A DNA stretch of 64,000 nt from Fimicolochytrium jonesii (lineage: Eukaryota), in NCBI RefSeq assembly GCF_025526975.1, contig NW_026515698.1, positions 124,001 through 188,000 on the forward strand, given 5' to 3'. Position numbers and translations under genes: made by a program. Shown piece by piece: positions 1 through 11,262 of this stretch. The notes beneath the pieces are model-generated. The model was given only the letters and a program-made list of their open reading frames with translations, was not told where the DNA came from and did no database searches. Each line of letters starts with the position of its first letter. The first letter of the stretch is position 1.

Positions 1-288
1 GTTTTCGTCCGTATGTTTTCGGACACATGTTTTCGTATTCACCCAATTGCGCATGGCAGAGCCAGGTCCGGAGTCCAGAATGGATGCCATTACGCCGTGA
101 CACCTCAAGTCCATATCTAACGTACCGCTACAGAAACTACAACCTAGCTAACAAGAGTGTCTAAAAAAAGCCTCGTGGCCCGCATTCCACCAAGCGGGAA
201 GCGAACAAAGTTGCCACCTCGCACAAAGTCAAAGTCAAAGCGGAAGCGACGCACCGAAACTGTAGCCTCCACGTACAGTGTTGCCGCG

Positions 289-1731
289 TTAACGAGCCCT
301 AACCCGATTCCTCTGCTGCTCCCTCACCTTCATCATCTGCATCTGCATCTCCATAATACCCCTAAATTCCCCCAAATCGATCGTGGTCTGCATCGGCAGT
401 TCCTTCGGCGCCGCAAACTCATTTGGGGAGCCGTGGACGCTCATCGGGAGTGTGAATGGGATGGTGATATTTTCAGAGGAGGAGGGGACGCGGAGGGTGG
501 CCTTTCCGGTGATGAAGTGCGTGCAGGAGAGGAAGACGCCTGTGTCGAGGGTGTCGTGGTATTTTTCGAGGGAGGTGAGGCGGAGGGGGAATGTATGTGT
601 TTTTGGTGCTGTCCCGGTGTTTTCATCGCGGACAGTGATATCGGCTTGCTCTGAGAGACAAGTGATATCCCCGTACTTGTCGTGCAGATGATCGTCAAGC
701 ACCTGTAACGGCGGGGTGGTTGGCGCGTCACGTTGTTTCGCAGCAACACTATCCGCGATTTTCTGTTTCAGGACGTAGGTGATGGAATCGAGGGTGGCCG
801 ATGCAGGGGCGACGGAGACGGTGAGGTTGATCGGTGTGGGGTTGACGAGTGTTCCGTTGCGCATCATGATGCGTTTGATGGTTGTGATCGTGAGCTGCAC
901 GGGTCCATCTGTTACCAACACCGTCTGTTCGTTGGATGTTGTTGGAGCTGGAGCCGCGGCGGCCGTGGGAGTGAACGCGGGTGCCTCCTCCTCTTCAGAA
1001 TCCTTCGTGTACGTGGGTAATCTCTCGGCTTGCAGCACGGCCTCGTTATAAGAGATAGGCGCCTCCTCAACACCCACAAGTAGCTTCTTGATCCTAAGTC
1101 CGCGTTGAGTGGCGATTTCCGATTTGCGGAAGCCGAGGAACCCCTTTGCGGGGACGATGACCGCGCGGAGCTTGTAAACGATGCTCGCGTGCGTTGCGCG
1201 CATGGAGGTGAGGGATTTCGGATCGAGTGTGAATTCGAACGGAAGGTCGTGTGTGCCGGCGGGGAGAATGTTGTCTCCATGCGAGTGAGATGAGGCAGGG
1301 GGGGAGGAGACGGCGTCGGTTAATGTCGATAATGTCGAGGTAGCCAGCACCTTCCCATGTTCCCAAAGCACCGCCTCCTTCGTCAGGAACGTTTTCGCCC
1401 TCATCCACGGCTGGGGATCCCACACCCGCTGTTCCTTGACACTGGGAAAGCCCGCGCGTTCCATGTTGGCGGTCTCTATGCCTAGCAGGAGGAGTCGAAT
1501 CGAGTCTGCCTTGTAATGTTCTTTGAATTCGATGTGGAGATGGCCGCGGACTCGGAGCTGCTGTTGGGTTGCGAGGTCTTCGTTGACGTCGGCGGCGGGG
1601 ACTTCGAGGCCGGTGAGAGGGTGGATTGTGCGGGCGAGGGAGGGGACTTGAGAGAGCTGGATTTGGAAGGTGAGGAGGGAGGAGGGCCAGTTGGCGGGCT
1701 TGTCTTGTGGGGGGTCTGGGGTAACCATCAT
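289..1731 (-). CDS. Alpha-arrestin-like protein (arrestin N-domain), apparently intronless, 480 aa
   Basis: Arrestin-N-like segments 'VRGHLHIEF', 'ILPAGTHDLPFEFTL' and 'HASIVYKLRAVI'; PY-like motif LPTY. Confidence 0.7.
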   Translation of the reverse strand: MMVTPDPPQDKPANWPSSLLTFQIQLSQVPSLARTIHPLTGLEVPAADVNEDLATQQQLRVRGHLHIEFKEHYKADSIRLLLLGIETANMERAGFPSVKEQRVWDPQPWMRAKTFLTKEAVLWEHGKVLATSTLSTLTDAVSSPPASSHSHGDNILPAGTHDLPFEFTLDPKSLTSMRATHASIVYKLRAVIVPAKGFLGFRKSEIATQRGLRIKKLLVGVEEAPISYNEAVLQAERLPTYTKDSEEEEAPAFTPTAAAAPAPTTSNEQTVLVTDGPVQLTITTIKRIMMRNGTLVNPTPINLTVSVAPASATLDSITYVLKQKIADSVAAKQRDAPTTPPLQVLDDHLHDKYGDITCLSEQADITVRDENTGTAPKTHTFPLRLTSLEKYHDTLDTGVFLSCTHFITGKATLRVPSSSENITIPFTLPMSVHGSPNEFAAPKELPMQTTIDLGEFRGIMEMQMQMMKVREQQRNRVRAR

Positions 1732-3115
1732 GGTGTTCTATTATACGGAAGTATTGGTGAGTTGGCTGAATCGCTGCATACGAATGCCGTGAGAAATAGC
1801 GTACCTCTCACTACTTCCTCTACACAAACGAGATATAACAGCTTCAAGTTGAGACCTTTAGAGCAGTTGAGAGATAGATGCCTGGGGGGGTTTCTCCACC
1901 ACAGCAGCCTTTTATTCTTTGCGAGTGAGCGGCCTCCTGTCGTCGCCGGAGCCGCTGGTATTTCATCGGTGGCCCTTGGTTCCTCGCCTCGTGTACGGAC
2001 GGCTCCACCCGTTGTGCAGGTCTAATAAGACAGAGGGCGGCGGCTATGCTCTCGCACGCAGACTTTTGGCGACCTATACTGTAGGAGACGCCCGTATGCC
2101 AAGGCGGATGCCGACGACGTTGTGGACATTTTGCGGCCGCTTGATTCGAACCTGCGAAGTTCTATACTGTCAAATACTGTACAAGTTTTGCGTTGTGCAA
2201 GTCGGGCCGCTCTCGGGCGTACAGTACTACACTACGTCGGACGGTACGAGAAGGACCCGAATAATTCATTATTATGTCGTAGTGGACATTTGCGGGCCCT
2301 TGGCAAGCGCTCGACGATGCAGGACCATCCATTGTACCCGTTGTACCGATGCAGACCGGCCGGGAGCTGGATAGGAGTCATAGGACGGACGGCAATGCAT
2401 GCACTGGTGACTGGGCTGGCTGCCATCGCTGCCGGTCCCAGCGCTGGGCACATCACGGCGGTTGAGCGTGTGCTCCTTGGAAGATGCGCTCGTTTGGAGG
2501 ATCTGCTAGGCACGTGATCGCCTGGGTCTCACGTGACTGCCGTGTTGCGCCTGCAATCAGAGCTCGGAGTATAAAAGGCAGACAAACACCCCCCCTCCCC
2601 TCTCTCTTCCTTCAGGCAGACAAACACCTCGGAGAATCGCGTTCGAAGCTGCACACACGGAGACCGGCTTCATCCGCCCCTCTCTCACATCATAGCTTCG
2701 GGGAAAGTCCTCGAACCATCAGGCAGAAAGTGTCGCCGCCAGGCACTAAGCGGGTCCTATCTCTTCCTTCGCCTTCCCAGCGACGAAAAAGGAAATCAAA
2801 CCCCTCCCCCTCGGGGTCGAGACAAGTGGCTTGGCCGCCCCTTCGTGTGGCAAAGATTCCCTCAACGGATATGCCCGGCGGTTTAGCTTCTTGGTTTCGT
2901 GTTGTGGGGCTCATGGTTCTCCTTTACTCTCGCTTGGTTTTTGGAGATGTGGTTCGTTATAGCACAGTTATGCGATTGCGGGTGGTGGATACTCTTTGGG
3001 TATTCCTTCGCTCGTAACTCAACGAGGCTTACTCCTGAGCGTTTGTCTGTCTCACCCCGAAATCAAGGCGGAAACAGGAAGTAGTTCTATGATTCTGAGT
3101 TCTATGATTCTGGTA

Positions 3116-3144
3116 TCGTCGTCGTCGTCGTCGTCGTCGTCGTC
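3116..3144. repeat. (TCG)n microsatellite; a 14-nt tandem duplication (gttctatgattctg x2, about 3083-3111) lies just upstream
   Basis: Directly visible run tcgtcgtcg... of about 9-10 units. Confidence 0.9.
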
Positions 3145-4075
3145 CTTCGTCGTCTTGCGTCGATACCTTCAGTTTTACGCACGTTTGCTACACTCTGTGG
3201 CTGGCCCTTACTTCTTTCCGTGGCCGGTAACAATTTTTCTGCAAACAAAAGCAAACAGCCCATTGCCGTTTCCCTTCCGGGGGACAGCGGCTTTGGGGGG
3301 GCGGCCGTTACTCACCGAACCATTTGGCTGTCCTGACCATGGTGTCGGTCTATCATTGGCTGCATATTCTGCTTCTCCTCTCCATCCTTCTCGTTGCAAG
3401 CGGATGGACATGGATTCTCTCTCCCCTTCGTCGCTTTTGTCGTCGAGGAGCGGTGATCCCAGGGGCATATCAGAAGGAGTCTCCTCTCTGCGACCTCTTG
3501 CTGCTGCTGCTGTCCGGACGCAAGCCACATTCCGCCCATCTTCGTCCGATATCCGCGCGCAGTCCAGAAGTGTGCTTTTCTCGCCGTAACCCTCTCAGGA
3601 ACTAGTGCTGCTTCCACAATAACCCCCCACATACATATAGTCACTGTACCTGCCGTCTCAGTCAGCGCAAGTGTAGGTAACAGCCGCTGTGTGTCTTGTA
3701 CCCAAGCTCCCACTTGCTCCTCAAAATTCTTCACGGTACCACCCACTGGAAAGGAGGAAAGCATACACACTCTGAGCAATCGTAAACAACAACATAGTCC
3801 ATCCAACTTCCCCGCACTCGCCAGCCGTCTGTCAACTTGTTTCTCGGCCAGTTGTTGTCTGCAGGTGCGTTGAACTAATGCCATCCTGCCATTAGCAGAA
3901 CAACGAATTCAGTATACCACCCACGCCCTGCATCCCAACCTAAAGAACAACTCCCCAAACCCAAACCTCTCTCCCAACAACCCGACATCCAGCCGTCCGC
4001 AACAGCCACCGCTTTGTCTCTCCGGAACACGCACATGAATCCCGATTCTCATGGTAGGGATCGCATCTCTGAGAC

Positions 4076-7000
4076 ATGATGACGGCGCAACAACCATCAG
4101 CGGGAGGAGGGAAGGGATACGAGGTGGAGGAGGAAGAAGAAGTCGACTCGGCAAGGATGATGGAACTGGCGTATTATCAAATTGCGTGTGGGTGGCGGGT
4201 TCGGTTGCATGGTGGGGCGGGCGATGAGGAGGAGGGTGAGGATTTGGGGAATGTGGGGGATGTGGGGGATGAGGGGGTCGGTGACGGGGTCGAAGAGGAT
4301 GGCGATACCCAGGCCCTCACCCATCCCCATATCGAGCCGGAAACCGAGACCGACATCAACGCACCACCGGTGGCGGAAGCTATACCACCGCCGACGAAGG
4401 AAAGTGTCAATCCGCCAACATCCACACCACCATGTACGCCTCCCCGCATCACACCGCAATCACAATCACCGCAAACACCGCCGCGCATGCTCGAAATGGC
4501 CGCCGCACTGGCAGCACGGCTTGGCGGGGCTCATAACGTGCTTAAGGCTATACAGAGGCAGAGGGGGGGTGGGATGGAGGCTGACCATGGGAGTGGGAAT
4601 GGGAGTGATGGGAACGGGGCTGAAATTGCGGGACGGGAGGCGGATGGTGATGGGACGGGGGTGGAGAACAACGACACGGATGGAGGGATGGTGGAGCAGA
4701 CCGCGAAGGATGTGATGGAGATGGATGCGGTGCTTCCGGCACAGGAGACTTCCCACTCTGTCGATCCACCAAACCCCACGAGGCCCTCGCAGCTCCCTCC
4801 ATCGTCCGCCCGTACGCCAAGTCCCCCGGAAACTGACAAAGACGAAGCCTCAGAAAACTCGCGATCTTCCACCTCTCCAAAAACGCGTGCATCGTCGCCG
4901 CACCGCCCACACATCTGCCGAGAATGCAAGAAGGGTTTCACCAAGAGGTATATTGAATGCCCAACTTTCAATCAATGCGTATTCTGCACCCGCACTCCTA
5001 ACAAAAATCGCACCCTCTTTCCATTGTTTTTCAGTGGACATGTAGCCCGTCATATGAGGTATGTACGCCTCCGTGATGCCTTTGTGTGCCGGCCTATGAG
5101 AGATCTTACCTTCCAGTTCAACTCCCCCCTCGGACCGCACAAGAATCCACACAGGAGTGAAACCCTACCCCTGTCTCCTCCCGGATTGCCCGGCCCGCTT
5201 TTCCCGGAAAGACCATATGATGCAGCATTATCGCGCCCATCGGACCTCGCCAATGGATACCGATGACCTCCTGCGGGCTTCGTATACGCCGGGACAGGAA
5301 ACGGCCACAATGCAGATTCCTGACTCTGATGAGTTGCTCACGGGTGAACACATGCAGGAATATGAGCGGAGGGAGGAGGTGGGACAGCCCGGCTCCGTGG
5401 ATGAGACGCGGTGGGCGCATGTGCAGGGGTGTGGTCGGAGGGTGGGGCATCCCGAGGATGTCGAACCACTCACGGAGGCAAACACCCCGAACGCGATGGA
5501 AAATGACCCGCAGCCGGGGTCTGGCACGCCCCACCCAGCTGAACCGCGCACGGGTGAACAGATCCCGGCCAACACGATGCGAAGTGACCGCCCGCGGACG
5601 AGTTCAGATACCGGGACCGGGACCGTCGTGCTGGGGTCTGAGGTTGTTCACTCTGTTGACGCTGGGTTGGATCTGGGACCGTCGGCGAGGGAGACGGCCA
5701 CGCGTCAGCCCGACTCTGGTTCCTCTGATGAATCACAACCGGCGATGGAGACCGACCCGGTGGGGGGTTCACATACCCCACTCCACACCGGAGCACATAT
5801 ACACCCACAAACGGTCGCGCAAGACAATACCGTTGGTGGGTTGACTGCGGCGATACCATCATCATCATCAACACCCACAAATATACCATCAACTCCTACC
5901 CCCCCGCCAACGGACTCCCTCGCTGAGCCGGGCGGCGAGTCATCGCAACCACCGGCAGACGCCCTTCGGGAACGGGGGGCTGCGGATGGACAGCGTACGC
6001 GTGAAGCGGAACAGGGCGGGTCGGAGATATCCCCCCCGCCTCCACTATCGTCAGCTACAACCACCCTTCCCGTGACCATGACCCCGTCCCACGGATCATT
6101 GATACCAACGTCCCACACGCCGCTCCCGAAAGCAGTAGCTCTCACCATTGTGGCGGCGGCGGCGACGGCGGCGGCGGCTGCCGCGGTGGTTGTGGCGCGG
6201 TATGCGGCTGTTAGGGAGGATGCCGCTGTGGATCCTGCTGGAGATGGGGATTCCAGTGGGGATGTGACGCGGGATGAACCTGGGATGTCGCCGTTGTGGG
6301 GCCAGGCATCGCTGACCACCACATCCACCGGGGATGCGAGTCAGCTGGAGACACAAGCGACGCCGGCTTCGTCGCCTGCGCCAGCTGACTCACGCGCTGG
6401 GAATGGGGACGAGCAGCAAGAGGGAAACGGACCCCTTGCACCCCATATGGGACGACCGCCTGAACCGGGTAGTCAGGGATGGGTTGGGCGGCCGCCTGAG
6501 GTTGGGGTTGGGATGAGGTTGGATGGGGTGGGTTGTGGGGGTGGGGTGGGGCTTGGAGGGAGTGGGATGGTGACGACGGGTATGGATGTCATCGCTGCCG
6601 CGTCACCGGTACCGGGGACGACCGAAGCACAGAGTCGAGATACCGCACCGAATGGGTCCCAGATTCGGACCGCTGCGGAGGCCCAGATTCGTCCGGCCTT
6701 GACTCCCGCAGCAGTAGCAGCAGCGACCACAAGTCGAACGCAGGATGAGGCCAAAACTCCCGCCGCTGCTATCGCCGGACAGCACGTTTCGACCCCGGCA
6801 GCAGCACCGACGCCAACAGATCCGAATCATACCCAAGCCGAAACGCCCGCCGCTGCTGTCGCTGGACCCACACCCGCGTCATCTCGAGCAGCACCGACGA
6901 TCGCCAATCCCACCCAGGTCCATGCCAAAACGCCCGCTACTGCACACGTCGTACGCACACACACACCGTCAATTCCGGCAGCAGCACCGACGCCGACAAA

Positions 7001-10000
7001 TTTGAATCAAACACAAGTCAAACCCTCCGCTGCGTCTGTCGCCGTAACCACACACACACCCGCTTCAGCTCAAGCAGCACTACCCGCGACCTCACATACC
7101 AAAGTCCGAACGCCCGCTACATCTATCCCCGTCCGCCCACGCGCACAACCCCCGACATCCTCCCCAGCCTCGATCCTGATAGATTCCGACGACGAACTCC
7201 TTACCCACCCCGCTCCTCCTCCAACCCCATACTCCGTCCACCGCGGCCCGTCCGGGGGTGTTGTCATCGAGATCCTCGACGACGGCCAGCCCGCTTCTTC
7301 AACACCTGCACCCCGGCGTGCATCCTCATTCTCATCCTCGGGACCCTCCATCAAACGCCCGACGTCGTCAGCGTCCCCCACACCCACCCCGGCCGATCCA
7401 TCCCCAGTCCCGAAAACGGGAGAGACGAAGAAACGGAAACGCCCGTTGCCCACCCAAAGCAGGGTTGCGAAACGCCCGGTGCCGGGCACGCTGTACATCG
7501 ATCTTGTCTGCGACGAGGCGGACGAGGACGGGGTGAGGCGGCCGCCGGGGGTGCGGCCTGGCCGGGCGTCGCCGGTCCGATGGCGGGTGAAACAGGGCGG
7601 GAATGCTGGGAAGACGGGGGAGCCGGCGCGGAGTGAGCTGCGACGCAAACATGGCGATGGAGAGGAGGAGGGAGGGGGGCGTGTTGAGAAGAAGGTGAAG
7701 CGCGATCCTGAGGAGGGGGAGGACGAGATGGGTGGGGATGCCGGAATGAGTGTGAGTGGGAAGGGGAAGCAGCCGGTGTATGGCCCGCATACAACACTGC
7801 ACCACCCGAGACAGGACGCTGCTGATCATCGCAGTGGGGCCAACACGGCCTCCTACCGCGCGAAGGATGATACGAAAACGAGAGAAGTAGTATACTTTGA
7901 AAAAGGCGGTAGGCATGCGGAGGGGAACGCAGTGGCGGCGCCAAAATTCCGGTCGCAGGAACACAGCCCTGACCCGTTGACCGAGCTGGCGGGCGAGAAG
8001 GCCGCGTCGGAGACTCTGAGCAAGGAGATTGGGAAGATGCGGGACAAACTTGGTTGGGCGAGGGGGTCGAGCGGGACGGGGGTGTATGATTCGGGACCAA
8101 AGGGGCATGTACCTGCGTCTGCATCATCATCGTCGCCCACAACGCAACCGAAACGAGGCACCCGAACCGCAACACAACGCAAAGACGATAACGACCCCTC
8201 GACCCATCACGACGACGAACCCGCCGTGGATACCAGTCGCCGCCGCTCAACCCGCCGCTCCCTCCGCTCCCAAACCCTCCCCACATCCCCCGGAGCCCAG
8301 TCCCCCACCCTCCAAAACCAGCACCCCACGGCCGCCACCACCCCATGCGCATCCACCGCCCCGGAAGACACAGACGTCAAACACCTCCTCCAAACCTTCA
8401 CCCCCCTCCCCATCGGCTTCTTCACGCCGGCGCTGTACGCAGCGTACGAGTTTGAGCACAAGATCATGTGGTGGAAATGGGACACGCTGTACAAGCGAGC
8501 GAAGCGCGTGGCGCGCATCCCGCAAGAGGTCGGGAGGGCTTATCATCGGGAGGCTCGTAAGTCTGGTGTATTTCCCTCCCCCAAATCTCACTTTTTTCCG
8601 TGTTTGACATGTGTGCTGATTTTTTTGGTGATGAACTTCTTGCTTCTTTAGGCCGCGCTTACCACCACACCCACCTCGGCCCCCCGGACACGGCCCACGC
8701 GCTCCTGCTCGACCGGAAACGCGGCGCTGGGTTGAGCCCGGGAGCCGTCGAGGAGATCTGGGCGCAGAACGGGGTCGTGTATGAAGTCAGGGGCGTGAAG
8801 CGGGGGCCGCGGGGACCCAAACTGGGGTTGACGGCGTTGTTGGAGGGGAGGAGGGTGGGGCAGGGGAGGTGTGGGGTTGGGTTGCGGAGGGTGAGTGTGT
8901 TGGGTGTGGGTTTTCCTGGGGGGGGGGGGGGGGGGGGGGGGTTTGAGATCTTGATGCCTAACTGGGATGCATGCTAGATGATGGAAGCGAGGGTGGCGAG
9001 ACGGTACCGGCAGGTTGCGAGTCATCAGCTGGGCGCGGGGCATTGTGCCGAGTTGAGGTTTGCCGAGGTTGTCAGTGTCGAGCCATCACCCGAAGGAGAC
9101 GGCGATGCGGAGACGCGGGAGGATGACAACGACAACCCCGAGAACGCACCCCCGCCGCAGCCACGCACGAAACTCCTCCTCACCTCCGCCCACTTCACCG
9201 ACCAATCCCCAAATTACAACAAACCGGGCGGCGTCGTCTCCTGGGACGTTTCGGCGTCCGGGTGGGGCGACAACCTCCCCGACATCGCGCGAGTCGTCGG
9301 CGAAACTCCCTCCCCCGAATCCTCCGACACCTCCCCACGCTCGCACACGTGGCTCCACCCACCGTCCGGCCACCGGCTGAACGACAACATCAACGATCTC
9401 GTGTACTCGCCTGCGGGAGATGTGCTGTTCACGGGGTCGGCGCATGATAGCGTCATCAAGGCGTGGTGGGCGGACGACGGGGACCTGTTGTATGAGGTCT
9501 CGCCGCCGGAGCATAACCGACGGTCGGAGGGGGTGGAGCTCGTGACGAGGAACCGGGGCAGGCGGTGGGGGCGGCGGGCGGCGCGGTTTGTGGATCTGGG
9601 CGTGCAGCGGTTGGCGGTGCGGCCTGCGGGGGCGGGGCCGTGTGTTGTTGCTGCGGCGGGGTATGATGGCGGGGTGCGGCAGTTTGCGTTTGGGAGTGTG
9701 GGGCAGTTTGGTGGTGGTGAGGATGATGATGTGGATGTGGATGCGTTGCGATGTGTGGATATGTCGCCGGCGTTGGAGGAGGAGGAGATCGCGGACCCGG
9801 AGGTGTTTCGGGTTGGGACGACCGTGATGTATGGGCACGGCGGGTCAGCCGATCTGTTGTTTGCCGGGTTCGAACGGCCGCGGAACCAGGTGGGGTGTGG
9901 GCTGATCCGCCTGTACGATGGGGAGAAGCAGGTCGGGCGTCTCGAAGTGGGTGAGAACGCGGTTGCGTGCATGGGCGTGTCGGCGAGTGGGGCGTACCTC

Positions 10001-10820
10001 GTTGCGGGCGTGACGGGAAACGCGCCGATGGTGCATGAGAAGGAAAGCGATTTCTCGGGGGAGGGGGATGGGAAGTTGAGGGTGTTTGATGTGCGCGGCG
10101 GTGGTAGGAGGACGGGCCGAATACCGGTGGAGGTGTTCGACACGGCGCAGCGGGACCACAACGTGGTCGGATTCAGCCCGTGTGAGCATTACGTGTATGC
10201 GTGCTGTGACCCGGACGCGACGAAACGGCAGCCGCATACGGCCGTGTTTGATCGCCGGTTTGCGAGAAGCCCTTTGCTTTCAGTGCGCGATACCTCCACC
10301 ACCACCACCACCACGACGCCATCGAGGTTCCTCTCCACCAGCGTCCCCCAACCACCGCAACCGGCACCGATCCGCCTCGAGCACGCGGCATGTAATCGCG
10401 GCGATGCGAACGACGGGGTGACGTGTGCGGTATGGATGCGGTCGGGGCTGTTTTACACGGGTGGGCAGGATGAGGTTGTGAGGGTGTGGGATGTGCGGCG
10501 GGCGCGGGAGGATATGCTTGTGTCGGTGATGGGTGGGATGGAGGGGCCTATTAGTTGCATGTGTGTTTCGCCGGGTGAGTTGCAATGGTTGCTTTTCTGG
10601 AGAAACTCTGGATAAGGAGTCGGATGTTTACCACCTTTCCCCCTTTCTCTCTTTCTCATCAGATGAAGACTACATTGCAGTCGGCACAACGACGGGCAAA
10701 GTGCACCTCTGGACCGCCCTTGACCCCATCGCATGCATCAACGAATGGGACCGCAATGCGGGTGCCAAAACAGGCGGCGGCGGCGGGAGAGATTGGGGTG
10801 GGGTTACGGTTTTACGATGA
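4076..10820 (+). CDS. Large spliced protein: two C2H2 zinc fingers, a long disordered linker and a C-terminal WD40 domain resembling Raf1/Dos1/DIM-9-type DCAFs
   Basis: GT-AG introns 4948-5034, 5059-5143, 8557-8651, 8891-8977 and 10575-10662 join the ORFs in frame. Reconstructed fingers: [51 protein letters not shown]. WD motifs: 'YNKPG', 'DLVYSPAGDVLFTGSAHDSVIKAW', 'FYTGGQDEVVRVWDVRRAREDMLV', 'SPDEDYIAVGTTTGKVHLW'. True start may lie further upstream. Confidence 0.75.
6700..7120 (+). repeat. Degenerate coding tandem repeat (about 90 nt / 30 aa, about 5 units) inside the ZnF-WD40 gene
   Basis: Recurring gcagcaccgacg... and (a)acgcccgc(c/t) segments; protein units like 'AAAPTPTDPNHTQAETPAAAVA' and 'AAAPTPTNLNQTQVKPSAASVA'. 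Confidence 0.7.
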
Positions 10821-11262
10821 ATTGGAAGGGAAACGGGGCAGGGAAGGAGCGAGACGGCTGGTGTGCGATGCGAACAAACAATATGCACGCACTTGTACGT
10901 ACTGTACGTATGCAACGTTGCAGAAGGCAGTAAGTAGTAGTGGGGGATGCACATAGGAGGCGAGGGGGCGGGAATGATGCACCAGGGATGCGTGCGTCGC
11001 AAAGGGGGGCAGTCCGTTTTCCATGCATGTATGGAGGAATACACCCCCTTGTACATACTTACTGTACATTATCCGTATGTGAACTTTCTGCGCGAGCATC
11101 CAACGCGGCAGTTACCTTGTCCCATTCGCGTCCGCAAGCCCCCACGCCAAGTGGGACTTTACGCGTATTTACTTTGTTCGGCCCGCTTTTCCCTGGCCCT
11201 GATCCCTCATATAGACATACTCACATGCATCCTTCATCCTTCGTCTCATACAGGAAAGTGTT

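Noticed and set aside
2560..2640. TATAAAAG followed by a 15-nt direct repeat (aggcagacaaacacc x2), LTR-like in appearance
   Set aside because: No second LTR, PBS/PPT, TG...CA ends or gag/pol remnants recognised; may simply be a promoter.
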